Source: Camelus dromedarius (lineage: Eukaryota). From it: a stretch of DNA of 64,000 nt. Shown piece after piece: positions 52,081-64,000 of this stretch. Position numbers and translations under genes: made by a program. The notes under the pieces were generated by a model that saw only the letters and a list, made by a program, of their open reading frames with translations, searched no databases and was not told the origin of the DNA. Location: assembly GCF_036321535.1 (NCBI RefSeq), contig NC_087436.1:78184001-78248000 (forward strand), written 5' to 3'. The stretch's first letter is position 1. Every line of letters starts with the position of its first letter.

Positions 52081-53244
52081 GATACAATTTACTTTGACAC
52101 AGTTTTGCCAAGGGCAGATACTGACTGTGGCTGATGTGCTTGAGTTGAACATGACCCTTATCAGAGCTTATATTTTTGCCGGTCTTTTATGATGGAGTCA
52201 TTGGACAGATAAACAAGCGGACCACTTGCTCAGGCGTCTAGGCGTTTAATTCTTCTCTCTTCTTAATAGACGTCCTTGTGAGCTTAAGACGGATTGCTGG
52301 CCTTGAGGTCTTGCGTTCTTCATTATGAAATGAGGAACCCCCTAGTTTTTTCCTTTTAGGCCATGAGACCCTGCTACTTTGAAGAAAATGGGCCTGATTT
52401 TATCAGGCATTGTTTAGAATCAGTGAGCTCACTGCCTACTTCTTTCCTCCATCCTCCGAGGACAGAACGCTTGGCTGAGTAACATGGTCTGCTCCTGATT
52501 ATCTACAGGGCTAGAGAGGCTTTCACAGGGGATTCACAAAAGTGTAACTTACAAAATGCCATTATATCCAACTTTGAGACAGACATAAATTACATACTGA
52601 CTGATATATATTAAATATATATATATAAAGGTTCACTTAGAAGACTGATGTGCTTAAACATGTCTTCCTTAAATTAACATTAACAACCATTGATAGAAAT
52701 ATTCCAAGTGGGCCAAAAGGCTAAAGCAACCCAGAAGGAAGAGTGACTTGGGATGAACGACTGAGGCTGCTAAGGCCTTGGTCAGAGAACTGGATGGAGG
52801 GCCACAACTGATGGCTCCTCCAGTCCAGCCTACAAAAAGAGACTTCTGGAAGGGCAGCTTCTCACTCCATCCTCACTGGCGGGTGCGTTTGGCAAAGTGA
52901 TTGAGCACTGAAAAGAGGCTCCATTGGTTCTACACCCCTTTTTAAAGACGAGTTTACTTCTTAGAGTTATTACAATGTTGTTTCATTCCCACTAAATTAG
53001 GTTTGGAAAAAGAACAGAAATAGAGACACTGCCTCTACTGAGCCAATTTCTGCCACGTATTGTCTATATCTAGGATTTATGTTTTTAAAACAGCAAACAT
53101 ATGACACTTACTCGATTAAATTGGAACAATGTCGGGGGCAAGAGGCAAGAATTGCTTAAGTATTGGATTATAAAAATTTAAAGAATTCAGAAATTGAATC
53201 TCTGATGATAACGTTATTAAGTTTTGTTTCAAGTATTCATTGTT

Positions 53245-53247
<3 letters not shown>

Positions 53248-53285
<38 letters not shown>
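53248..53285. repeat. (TG)n microsatellite
   Basis: Read directly. Confidence 0.97.
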
Positions 53286-53287
<2 letters not shown>

Positions 53288-54807
53288 CACTCTCAATCAG
53301 GTATCACCAGAGGCTGGCTAGTTTTGATAAATTGTCAAATGCAGTTGAAAGCAAAGAACCATTTAAAGGATTGATGCCTGCATAAAGCATCTCCGTTTGA
53401 TGCCTGCAGTTTGCACCCCACAGATAACTGAATGAGTTCTTATTCATTGGTAGATGTCAAGACCAGATCTACTCATATTAGTAACAATTTGGAAGTCTCT
53501 TAAACACTTAAATCGATGGGTCCCCAAAGTACACATGGTTTCTTAGACATTTTAGTTGGCCAGTTTTATGATTTCTAGACAAAGTGTGACTTCCCATTTG
53601 GTTTTCATGCTTTCCCAGACCAGTATTGACACATGTGCGCTAACAACAGTGGTCTCCCCTCCAGGCAAAGTGTGGCATTCATATTTATTTTTTTAAACTG
53701 CATAATTATAAAACACAACCAGCTAAAGGAAAAAATTATACCCCTGAATAAATGATAAAATTACAGTGTTTTCTTGTAGTCCATGAATACTGAAAATTTC
53801 AATTAACCAAGTGAAAAGCCATTGAATATGCCAGCAGGATTTATATCCCAGACTAATGACCATCATCTGCATCCTATTTAGCTAATGAAGGTTTGGAACA
53901 CTTGTGGATAATTAAGGGAAAGCTGATGGGAGGGAATTCGAACCACGGAAAGATCAAATCTATTTATGACTGCGTTTAAAACTAAACATATCTAATAGTT
54001 CACTCAATCAAGGCATAATGTCTGTTCATTTGTAATGAGACAGATGCTCGTAAGTTAAGTAGGCAGGTTAGCTCCCCAAACACACAATTCCTTCCTGATT
54101 CATTCATTCCATACATACTTATTGAACACCTATCATGTGCCTCTGCCCTGTGGATCATCCCAAGAGTACCATGATTTCCCTAATTTTTTTCCCACCACTT
54201 TCCCTCTTCCATCTTAATTACCTTTAGAGCTCTGTTTTTCATTTTACTCAAGCAACTACTGTCCACCTATCCATCATGACAGCCATGGCGTAGGTGCCAT
54301 CCAGGGACATGAAGGGCAAGTACACAGTGTGCAGTGGGGCACCTGGCTGTTTCTAAGACCTGTCAGAGCACATCAGAGGTGGGGGTTCATGAGAGGAAGA
54401 CTAAAGACCATTAGAGGGAAGGAGGTACCTGAAGTTTAAGGGTGGCCAGAAAAGGAATCAAGCTCAGTGCAACTCTACTGAATTTCACTGAATAGCTTAC
54501 CAGTCATCTCATTCACTTAAGTCATTATCCCACTTAAGTAGGGGGCACCTCTCTGGACCCCCAGCATATCTCCAACAAGAGTGGGTTTAACCAAGGTGAT
54601 GCTTTAAGGACCTGTACTCCTAGGATCTACTTCAATGCTGAAAATGGCACACCCAGCTGGCAGGCACGTTCTGGGAGGTCAACTGACAAGGACAACTCAC
54701 TTTTAGGTGCACACATTTTTGTCTTTCAGAATCCCTTCCATGTCTGAAAGAAAAGCCAGGTAAAGAATATCAGAGCCTACACACACCCGGTTGGGCACAT
54801 CTCTAAG

Positions 54808-54995
54808 CTAGTCGGTCACAAACATTAGTGGCAGAAGAATCACCTGGAGGTCTTGTCAAAGCACAGATGGCTGAGCCCCACCCCCAGAGGCTCTGATTCA
54901 GGCGGTCTGAGGTGTGACCCAAGAATTTGCATTTCTAACACATTCCCGGGTAAGGTTGATGCTCCTGGTCTGGTAACCATACCTTGAGAACCAGT
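54808..54995. mobile_element. MER5A
   Basis: 'gaatcacctggagg...cccagaggctctgattcagg...agaatttgcatttctaaca...ttgagaacca'. Confidence 0.9.
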
Positions 54996-55109
54996 AAGAA
55001 ATACCCAAAGCAAATTAATAGCAATGATAATCATGCCTTTTAGGACATCACACAAGAAGAAACGGTATCTCTGCCTGGAATTTCCATAGCCCAGTTTTAA
55101 TTAGGACAA

Positions 55110-55320
55110 TAGTGATAATACCTCCCGACATTTACATGAAACTTCCAATTTCTAAAGTTCCTTGACGCACGTTGTTTCAGTTGAACTTCAAAACAACCCT
55201 ATGAAGTAGTCCTACGCTCAACTCTAGGACACTAAGAAAACAGAGAGGTTAAGTGATTTGCCCAAATTTTCTTCACTAGTAAGTGCTCAAACCACAGCTC
55301 GTCACTGGCCTTCAGAAGTA
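55110..55320 (-). mobile_element. MIR SINE
   Basis: 'aacaaccctatgaagtag...cagagaggttaagtgatttgcccaa'. Confidence 0.75.
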
Positions 55321-56778
55321 TTTCTGGGGTAGACTGTGCTGTGAGAACTGTACTCTGGGAGCATCAGGGTGCAATATGAAATCCACTTAAAATTAACAGA
55401 GCAGACTATTGTTAAATAAATATTAATTTCTTCTTACTCAGCACCATTTGCAAAAGCTGAAGAGCCTTTGCATGCATAGTGAATTTTAGCAAAAAGACCA
55501 AAAAACCTCCCTTATAAGGGCTACGGAGAACAGAGACTGAGAAATACATACAAAGTACAGATACCAAGTTAAGGTCAGCAGCAACTCTGAACCCTAGGAA
55601 GAGAATATGTGTTACTTTCAGAGCTCTGTTTTAAAGAGAAGAGGAGAAGAGGTGTTACTTTTTAGTACCAGTTCCCTGCTCCTACAGGGAGTGGGTCTTC
55701 CATGCTTCCACCAGGTTAGCATCTTTGGGGCTGACAACCAGTAGGAAGCTCTGAATCTGCAGGGACCACGAGGAACTCAATGGTTTACAAGCTGCACAGA
55801 GATAAAACAATAGGACCTGAGGATGCGGTCCCCACCTGCACCCCTGCAGAAGGACGAACCTCCTCCCTTGCTGCGCCCTCACACCCCAGACCCAGGAGGA
55901 TCCTGCAAGACCAGGGAGACACTGAGCTCTGGGGCAGGGGGAGGAGAAGCTGTCAGAACACATTTCATGCACTCCACGAAGGTATCTGAATGTAACCAAT
56001 TAGTGCCAGGAGGAGAGAGCAGAGCAACAAAGAGCTTCAAAGAAAACACAACAAAATGCAACATACTGAGACAAAAGGCCCTGAGTGCTGTCCAGCTCCA
56101 CCCCACAAAGCTGCAGACCAAGGCTCCCTAAAAGCCATCAACTTAATATAACAAGGCCAGAGGCCCCTCCTCAGGGTCATCCCACTGTTCTTTCCAGAGC
56201 AGAGAATCCTCATCTGACATAAGTGCTAAGGGAAGAGAGATTGAAGGAACTAAGGCAAATACGAAGGGCAGAAGATTTCTGTACATTTTGACTTCAAAAG
56301 AACAGTGAGGAGACTTTGCACTACAATTCAATGTATATTCGCATCTGTACTTTTTGAGTTAATTACTGTGGTACTTAAATAAGACCACATCAATTATTAT
56401 GAAAGATTACTCACTATGTGATAATTTAGAACCTTAAGATGCCTCCAAATCTCTAGTGTACCTTACACAAACCCCTCTGATGGAACTTAACCACAGGTGG
56501 TTATCTTCTGCGTTGCACTGTAAGCTCGTTGAGGCCAGAAGCCAATTCTTAAGCATTTTCGGCCACTACACGTTAGCACAGTGAGGGGCACAGGAATGAG
56601 GACACAGTAGGAACTTCAGAAATGTTTGTTGAATGTATAGTGAATGAGGTAAGGAAAGCAAGAGGGTGGAGAGAGGGAGAAGCAGGGAAGGGGGCACAGG
56701 GTGGGGGCAGGGAAAGAAGGAAGAATGATGATAGAAGAATGATAATAATGTGGGGCTAACACTCTGCAGCAGGAAATG

Positions 56779-57238
56779 TGTTATGAGCTGTACTGTGTCC
56801 TCCCCAAAGAGGTGTCTATGTCCTGACCCCTTGTACCTGTAAATGTGACCTTGTTTGGAAATAGGGTCTTTGAAGATGATCCAGTGAAGATGAAGTCAGT
56901 ACAGTGAGTCCTAGTCCAGTAACTCTGGTGTCCTTATAAAAATGGAGAAACCTGGACACAGATACACACAGAGGGATGATGAGGAGAGGACAGCCATGTG
57001 ATGACGGAGGCAGACTGGATGGCTGCAGAGGCAAACAAAGGAACACCAAGGATCGCGGACCAACACCAGAAGCTAGGAAGAGGCAAGGAAGGAGTCTACT
57101 CAGAGTCTCAGGCAGAGCATGGCTCTGCTGACGCCTTGATTTGGGCCTAGCCTCCAGAACTGTGAAACAATAAATTTCTGTTGTTTTCAGCCCCCCGGTT
57201 CATGGTCCTTTTTACGGCAGCCTTAGCAAACTGATGCA
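56779..57238 (+). mobile_element. MaLR solo LTR (MLT1C-like)
   Basis: TG...CA ends; 'gtgaccttgtttggaaatagggtctttg', 'caccagaagctaggaagaggcaaggaagga', 'cctccagaactgtgaaacaataaatttctgttgttt'. Confidence 0.93.
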
Positions 57239-57276
57239 GAGAGAATGTACCAGGGGTCTCTACTGATCATCTGTGA

Positions 57277-57510
57277 CAGTGGTTGGACAAACTTTTTCTA
57301 AAAAGGGACATATGAAAAATATTTTAGGCTTATATCTTATTTTATAGACACTGAAATTTGAATTACATATAATTTTATGTCATGAAATTTTATTCTTCTT
57401 TTGTCTTTCCCCCACTATTTAAAAATGTGTAAACTACTCTTAGCTTGCAGGCCATACAAAAACAGACAGTGGCCAGAGTTGGCCTGCAAGCTATAGCTGG
57501 TCTACCTCAG
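57277..57510 (+). mobile_element. MER58-family hAT MITE (MER58B/C-like), followed by a MIR to about 57700
   Basis: 'aaactttttctaaaaaggg...aatattttaggctt', 'cttagcttgcaggccatacaaaaacagacagtggccaga'. Confidence 0.75.
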
Positions 57511-58849
57511 AGTGCAGCTCTAGGAATCAGAAACACCTGGCTCTAGTCCTGATTCCACTGATTATTATTCTTGTAACATTGATTAAATCATTGGCTTTTG
57601 TCTTCAGAAGAGCACAGTAAACTTTTCCTCACCACCTGGAAGGTTTTAAGGATGAAATGAAAATTATGTACTTTAAAACGCTTTGTATATGGTTAACAGT
57701 ACTGGTACTTTGATATATGTAGCTCTGTCTTACTCTTCAGAAATAAATATTAACACTAAGGTCAGGGTGCTGATCAGGTGACTCTGAGCCATGGAGTCAG
57801 AGCAGAGTGGAAACAAAGACATAGCCCCTTCAATCACCCAGTCTTAGGATGGGTCAGGGAAGAGGACAAGAAGATGCCTACCACACACGAAGCCATGGCA
57901 GACAGAGGACCTTCTAGAGTAAACAGCAGCTCCAAGGCAAATGTTCATCATCTTTGGTCACATTTGATCCTGGACTAACTGCTGAACCAGGACTTTCTTC
58001 TCTTAGGGAACGTTCTGGACCAGGATGGACCTGCTGCTGAGAGGCTGTCCTGTAACTCAGCTCCCTAGATCATCATGCTAAACAAACATTCATCATCCAC
58101 TAAAGCTCCTTTGGCCATCTTAAGCCCATTTCTACGGTGCCAACAGCTGACAAAGCCATAAATATCACCCTGCACGCAGAACTGTCTTCACACACACCAC
58201 CGTCAGGAATTGGAACCCTGCCACTGGGCTCTGCAGGGGCTGGACTAGAGCTGACAGCTCCAGATTTTCAGGTCTGGCACAAAGTAAAGCTGAAGAAAGC
58301 AATGAGGAATAAAGAAAATAGTTCACAGGAGGAAACACCATTTTGCTCACACTGCGCAGGGCGGTAGACATGCCGGAACTGAGTTATGCCCTTGAGGAGC
58401 TGAGAAGCAGACCCTTCCAAATGACTAGCATAACCCACCATGGTCATAAGTCTTAGAAAGTAGGGATTTTTCTCCAAATTAATTATCCTGATTCTCCTTT
58501 ATCCCTAAGGCTATGCATTTCCTTGATGTAGCGAGAAGTGCTGTTACTAAACTTACTGTCAGCTCCTGACTCCTCATATGCATGTTCGAAGTGAACAGGA
58601 GAGAATTCACATCTTACGCTGACTCCTGGCTGCCCCCAGGATCTGAAGTCTCATCCTCCTTGTCACCTTCCTCTCCATTCCCACCTCCACCCTGCAATCA
58701 TCACCATCTGCCTTCAAAAGCACAGAGAAGAAAGCCATGGTGATTGAATATCTCTTAGCAACATGATGCCCTTCTTCTAAAAGATGCTCACAGAAAAGCT
58801 TGGCTTTGCCAAAGGTGCCCCTATTCCTCCTGGGAGCAGGGAAGCTTAA

Positions 58850-59030
58850 TGGAAAGGGCATGGGCTCCAACCCCGGCTCTGCCCACATTATGTGATTAGG
58901 GCTCATCTCTTAAATTCTCTGAACCGCAATCCCTTATGTATAAAATGGGAACCAGGCCATTTACCTTAGAGTATATGTGAGAATTTAAGAGGACGTGTGC
59001 TCAAAAAAATGGCAGTTATTATTACTATTT
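58850..59030 (+). mobile_element. MIR SINE
   Basis: 'ccccggctctgccc...tgtgattaggg...cttaaattctctgaaccgca...gtataaaatggga'. Confidence 0.75.
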
Positions 59031-59286
59031 CAGAGAATTCTGGACTTCGTCTCCAGCTCTGTCTCCAGCCGCATTCACCCTACAGACTTCACAAATGCCT
59101 ATTTACAGGATGTATCTGTGCCCCTGAAGCCCATAATGGTGCATGAGAAAGCAAGGGGAAAGCTCCAAGGTTACTGGAAGCCTGGGCTCTAGAAGAGCAT
59201 GTGGGTGGGGGCAGAGATTAGGGACTGGCCTTCTCCTCCCTTGCATGACCTCCCTCACACTCCTCCAGGTGACTGTATGCTGTCAC

Positions 59287-59348
59287 CTTTTCACACTCCT
59301 GGTTAAACTGGATGGATAATGACTTATACTGTGAATACTATGCAGTAC
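59287..59348 (-). other. candidate 62-nt exon downstream of a (UG)n tract
   Basis: Minus strand 'ttgacatcacttttctttcctctcag|' acceptor and 'AAG|gtgaca' donor. Confidence 0.35.
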
Positions 59349-59387
59349 CTGAGAGGAAAGAAAAGTGATGTCAATGATCACTTTCAA

Positions 59388-59392
59388 CACAC

Positions 59393-59425
<33 letters not shown>
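59388..59425. repeat. (CA)n(CG)n(CA)n alternating purine-pyrimidine tract
   Basis: 'cacacacacacacgcgcgcgcacacacacacacacaca' read directly. Confidence 0.95.
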
Positions 59426-60927
59426 TAGAGCTATGCTTGCAGGTCTGAGTAATTGAGAAAACATTCCAGGAGCCTTTATAGCTCATTTTCTAGGAAAGCA
59501 TAATCTTTCCAGCAGCAAGAGAGAGGATACGATCAGGAAAAAAAAAATTAGCTTGGGAAAACTACACATCAGTCAGATAAAACAATGAAAAACATTATAC
59601 CGTATGTAGTTATTTGGGTGGAGGGGGTAGGTGGTTACGAAGTACCGTTAAGCGTCAAGCCTAGCTATAGGTGCTGGAGGATGAGTCTCTCCTTCAGACT
59701 TCTCAGGTAAGATGGTAATGAAACTGCCAACCAGCCTTGGGCAATGAAGTTGAGGTGCTCAACCTTTGGAGGGATTCTTATTGCTAAAGTGGTAGGAATA
59801 ACTTTTATCATAAGGCTTTCTGACGGTGTCTTTCTCATTTTCTTTTTCATAGTAATTCTGTTTATTCATATATGCCTAAACAGATCCATCTTAAAAAAAA
59901 AACAAAACACCCCACCAGTATGTTAATTTGTAATCCAAACTGATGAAATACTAACCTGTAAATTTGGGGGCGGGGAGAAGGTCAAGAAGGAAAGACATTT
60001 TCATAATTACTGGCTATTACAAATCATTTAAATGGACGCACAACAAGAATGGAGGTTGCAAGGCTCAGTGTGATGGGTTCCTGTTTAAGAGCCCAGCAGT
60101 GTCGTTAATCAATGAATGGTGATGTGGCATTATCTCAGGCCCTCCAAGTGATGGTTTGACAGGAAGTCGATGGCTACACAATTTTCCTGCACGCCAGAAA
60201 TAAAAATAAAAGATCTAGCTTGCCGTAAGCACATTTCATAATTAGAGCGCTGACAGATGCGGCCCTTAGCCCAGTTTTACATTACTGCATCTTCATTTCT
60301 TCAGAGCGTTTATTTTGAGTTCCACCTGCACAAGCTCTCCATGTGAAAGGATAATAAGAGATGATTAAAGTGTTCCCCAGGGCTTGGGGAAACCCCATGC
60401 TTTTTTTTTTTTTTTTTTTTTCATTTCTTTCCAACTGCCCTGGGCCCATTTATTCAACAAACATTACTGAGCACTTATGTTGCAGGCATTAGGTCGGGTT
60501 CTGCTGGGATGATCTCTTGATGAATGAGATATGACATGTGCCTTGAAGAAATAACAAGCAAATCTGTGAAGCTTCTCGTGTTCTTTGAAGAAGTGCTACT
60601 GAGTTCTGACTCTGGTTTTCTTCTCTTCTGTGTCTTCCATCCTCTCTGTGTGATCTCTTCCTTTGTGTTACTTCTGCACCTTGTACATATTTCCATAATA
60701 GCCTTTTTCACATTATATTGCACTTATATGATTATGTCCCTTGCCCCGGGGAACTCTGGAATCAGAGGCCATGCCAGACTCACACTCCTATTCACAATGT
60801 GAATTCACAATTTACACAAACTCATATTCACAATGGCTGGTACATAATAGACTTTTTAAAAAATTTGTTGAATATGAACATAATCCATCACTTCTATGGC
60901 TTCAACTACAATCTATATTATGCTCTC

Positions 60928-61378
60928 TTTTTTTTTTACTTTCTAAAAATTTTTTATTGACAGTTGATTTACAATGTTTTGTTAGTTTCTGGTGTACAGC
61001 ATAGTGATTCAGTTATACACACATATATATTCCTTTTCATATTCCTTTCCATTATAGGTTATTACAAGCTATTGAATATACTTCCCTGTGCTATACAGTA
61101 GGCTCTTGTAGTTTATCTATTCTGTATATAGTAGTTTGTGTCTGTTAATCCCAAACTCTCAATTTATCCCTCCCCCCTTTCCCCTCTGGTAACCATAAAT
61201 TTGTTTTCTATGTCTGTGAGTCTCTGTTTTGTAAATGAGTTCGTTTGTGTCATTTTTTCAAGATTCCACATGTCAGTGACATTATATGATATTTGCCTTT
61301 AGCTGTCTGACTTTCTTCACTTAATATGATAATCTCTAGGTCTATTCATTTGCTATAAATGGCATTACTTCATTCTTT
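60928..61378 (-). mobile_element. young L1 3' end (ORF2 C-terminal tip, 3' UTR, poly-A), 3' partner of the U6 chimera
   Basis: Antisense poly(T), then 'ttgatttacaatg...gtttctggtgtacagcatagtgattcagttata...ggtaaccataa...agattccaca'. The sense start 'AAAGAATGAAGTAATGCCATTTATAGCA' corresponds to ORF2 KNEIMPF-like sequence. Confidence 0.93.
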
Positions 61379-61486
61379 AAAAAATATGGAACACTTCACG
61401 AACGTGTGTGTCATCCTTGCACAGGGGCCATGCTAATCTTCTCTGTGTCATTTCAATTTTAGTATATGTGCTGCCAAAATGAGCAT
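61379..61486 (-). pseudogene. RNU6: full-length U6 snRNA retrocopy
   Basis: Reverse complement aligns ungapped to the 106-nt U6 with about 12 substitutions by my count; ACAGAGA box intact; ends in a T6 tract fused to L1. Confidence 0.97.
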
Positions 61487-62400
61487 TGATGTTCATTCAC
61501 AATGTGTATATTCATCCCTGACTCCCCTCCCAAGCTTCAAATTCATTATTTCCAATTGCCTATTAAACATCTCCCCTGGAATGTTGCACAAGCATTGACA
61601 ACTTGACTTGTCCACAGCTGTATTCCCCCACTGCATACCTGCCTCCAATTGTTCATATCTTGGTTAACAGTGAGACCATCTATTCCCTCTTTCAACCACA
61701 AATTCCAGTGTCTTTTTTGATTCTTATCTGCTCCCTCCCTATCACATCTTACAGATGTGACTACAGAAAACTCTCAAGTCATAAAATTTTCTTTTCTGCC
61801 ACTGTCTTAGTTCAGATCCTTGTCACCTCTTATTTAGCTTCCCACTAGATCTCTCTGCCACCATTCCAGCCTCTACATTACCGCCTGATATTGCAGAATT
61901 TGATTCTGTAAGTTGACAGTTAAGAGATCTTTCCTTGCTCTCTAATGCCTGAAAGAAAATGTCCCTGTTTCTGAGCATGGTATCTACTGACAAACTGATT
62001 ACAATTAGTACCATCAAGGCTAGATTCTTTCCACTACACATCCTATAATCTAGGCACATAAACATTTGATTGCTATCTGGGTAAGTCAAGGAGACCTCCA
62101 AGTCCTTGCACATACTATTATATTCCCTCTGCCTGAAGTCCCTTCTCCTGAATCACCTAGCCAATTCCTACTTCCCTCTGCAAGGATTTCCGACACCACC
62201 AAGGGCAGTTAATGGTTTCTCTTCCTGTGTTGCTAAAGTTTTTAATTCTCACATATTTTATAGTTTTGTGACATAATTCTTGCTGGTGAGACTGAAAACT
62301 CAGCAAGTACTAAAGAAGTCAACTTCACTCATCTCTGTTACTCTGGGCACGGTCTGGTATGAGGTAGACAGTCAATGAATGTTTGATAGAATAATGAATG
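61487..62400 (+). mobile_element. L2 LINE, resuming the fragment that begins at about 60885 and is split by the U6-L1 insertion
   Basis: 'catcacttctatggcttcaactacaatctatat' on the left continues as 'tgatg...tccaattgcctattaaacatctcccctgga' on the right; L2 tail 'tcaatgaatgtttgatagaataatgaatga'. Confidence 0.8.
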
Positions 62401-64000
62401 AGTCACTAATTTAATAGTCTAAGGCGAGTTTAAGATATACTTAAGCACCAACTGTGTAGAGGGTAGCTGAAGCCATGGTTATGATTTTAAGTACCTAGGA
62501 AAATGTATAAGAAATAAGGGGTTGGGACAAACCCTTCAGGAGCACTGATACTTATTAGGATGAAAAGAAAGAAGAATCAGCTAAGGAAATTAAGAAAAAG
62601 CAGAGGAGTGGAAGAGCCAGAATGTTGTCACAGAACAGCACTTCCTCAAAGGAACTCTTCCTGATCTCCCAAATCAGGACTAGAACCTCCTTTATGTGCT
62701 CCCTCCTCATCCCATTCTAAACCCTGTCTGAGTGGCTGCCACAGCACACTTTAACTGTCTACTTGCCCTCACAGAATATTAGTTTCCCAAAAGCAGGGAC
62801 TATGTCTTATTAACAGCATATGGTATCATAGCTACTGGTCAATAAATATTTGTCAAATAATTGAAGAGGTGAATAATTAAATAAGTGAGTGAAATGCAGT
62901 CAAGAAATCACATAAAATGAGGATTGCAAGATGCCCCCTGATCTTAGTATTTGGGAAGATACTGGGTGACTTCTATTCTTGTATGTTACCACATATACCC
63001 ATGTAACTCTCATGTGTTTCACATTGGAAGGTTCAAGAATTTTAGATAAAATGAAAAGCCTCATGCTTGTCATTTGGCCTTCCTTCCAAGAGCAAATCAC
63101 TATGAAATGGATGGATGGCTCTGAAGAGATACAGACAGGCTTTATCCAATGGTTTTCACTCAGGAAACATAATATAGAGTCATTACCTCCCTTAAGAGGT
63201 GGAAAGTTAAATACATAATTTCAAAATTGCTTCAGCAAATAGTACTCTCCTTAAGCCAAGGGAACTTTAAGAAACTGTAATCAACTCATCTCTTAGTGAC
63301 CTTGAATTTTTGTCTCTTATGTCCTGTATATGTTATAATCATATGCCCTCTATTTGAGGAATCACTGCAAAGAGGAACCACAAATTATCGTATCATCATA
63401 AGACCCCAAGTTGTAGATATCAAAGGAATATTTGTATGATAAATCTCTAGACAAATGAATGGAACAGAACCTCTGACAGATTGGTAATGCTTTGCTTTTA
63501 GATTTACAAATGAGAACTTGAAACAAAAAGGATTGGAATTGGAAAATATAAGTGCAGCCTGTAAACAACAAATGCCCTTCAGAACAGGAGGTGGGGAAGT
63601 AGAATGGGATGTATTTCAGCAATTTCTGAGAGTTGCTGAGAACGGAAGATTCAGCTCTCTTAGGCCTGTGCAAACACAATGATGATATGATGTAAACTGC
63701 CTTCCACCCTCTGGTCCTTCCTGACTCCCAGGGGGGGCCCCTCTGCGTACAGGGGGAGGGGCTCTCAAAGCAAAGGTGTGTGAAAGGAATTTGCTCTTAT
63801 TTCTCAGCTTTGCCCCTTGGAAAGTTAAGGGAAACGGACTAAATCCTTCCTACGAACTGCATCGTGCCTGGGTCTCCAGGACCCTGTGGGCTCTGATTAG
63901 AACTATGTTCTGAAACTGATACACTGGCTTTCTGTAAGTTAGAGACTTGGAGGAAAAATATATATATATTTTTTTAATTCAAGGCATTTTGAAAACTATT

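Noticed and set aside
59671..59706. 36-nt plus-strand micro-exon candidate (VLEDESLLQTSQ, donor CAG|gtaaga)
   Set aside because: The acceptor has no polypyrimidine tract, and the strand conflicts with the stronger minus-strand candidates.

Overview
Eutherian genomic DNA that is gene-poor and repeat-rich. Young L1 3' ends are of cetartiodactyl type and I saw no Alu, B1, Bov-tA/BovB or PRE-1, so a camelid is likely (inference). No complete protein-coding gene is supportable, and the supplied ORFs are mostly chance or repeat-derived. The window holds ordinary ancient repeats (MIR, L2, old L1, MLT1/MLT2, LTR16/LTR40, MER5/20/45/58/81), all assigned from remembered consensus sequences rather than a database search. 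The notable items are: (1) a heavily decayed Ty3/Gypsy chromovirus (Sushi-like) pol fossil on the minus strand at about 26.9-28.6 kb, with RNase H, integrase zinc-finger region, D,D(35)E core, GPY/F region and chromodomain in order; (2) a probable RTE-clade LINE reverse-transcriptase fossil directly abutting it; (3) a diverged ~400-bp inverted duplication (39.2-39.6 kb vs 42.0-42.4 kb) enclosing enhancer-like sequence; (4) a U6 snRNA/L1 chimeric retrocopy at 60.9-61.5 kb; (5) short minus-strand candidate exons (best: 47715-47768), suggesting the window lies inside a large minus-strand transcription unit. Repeat boundaries are approximate.
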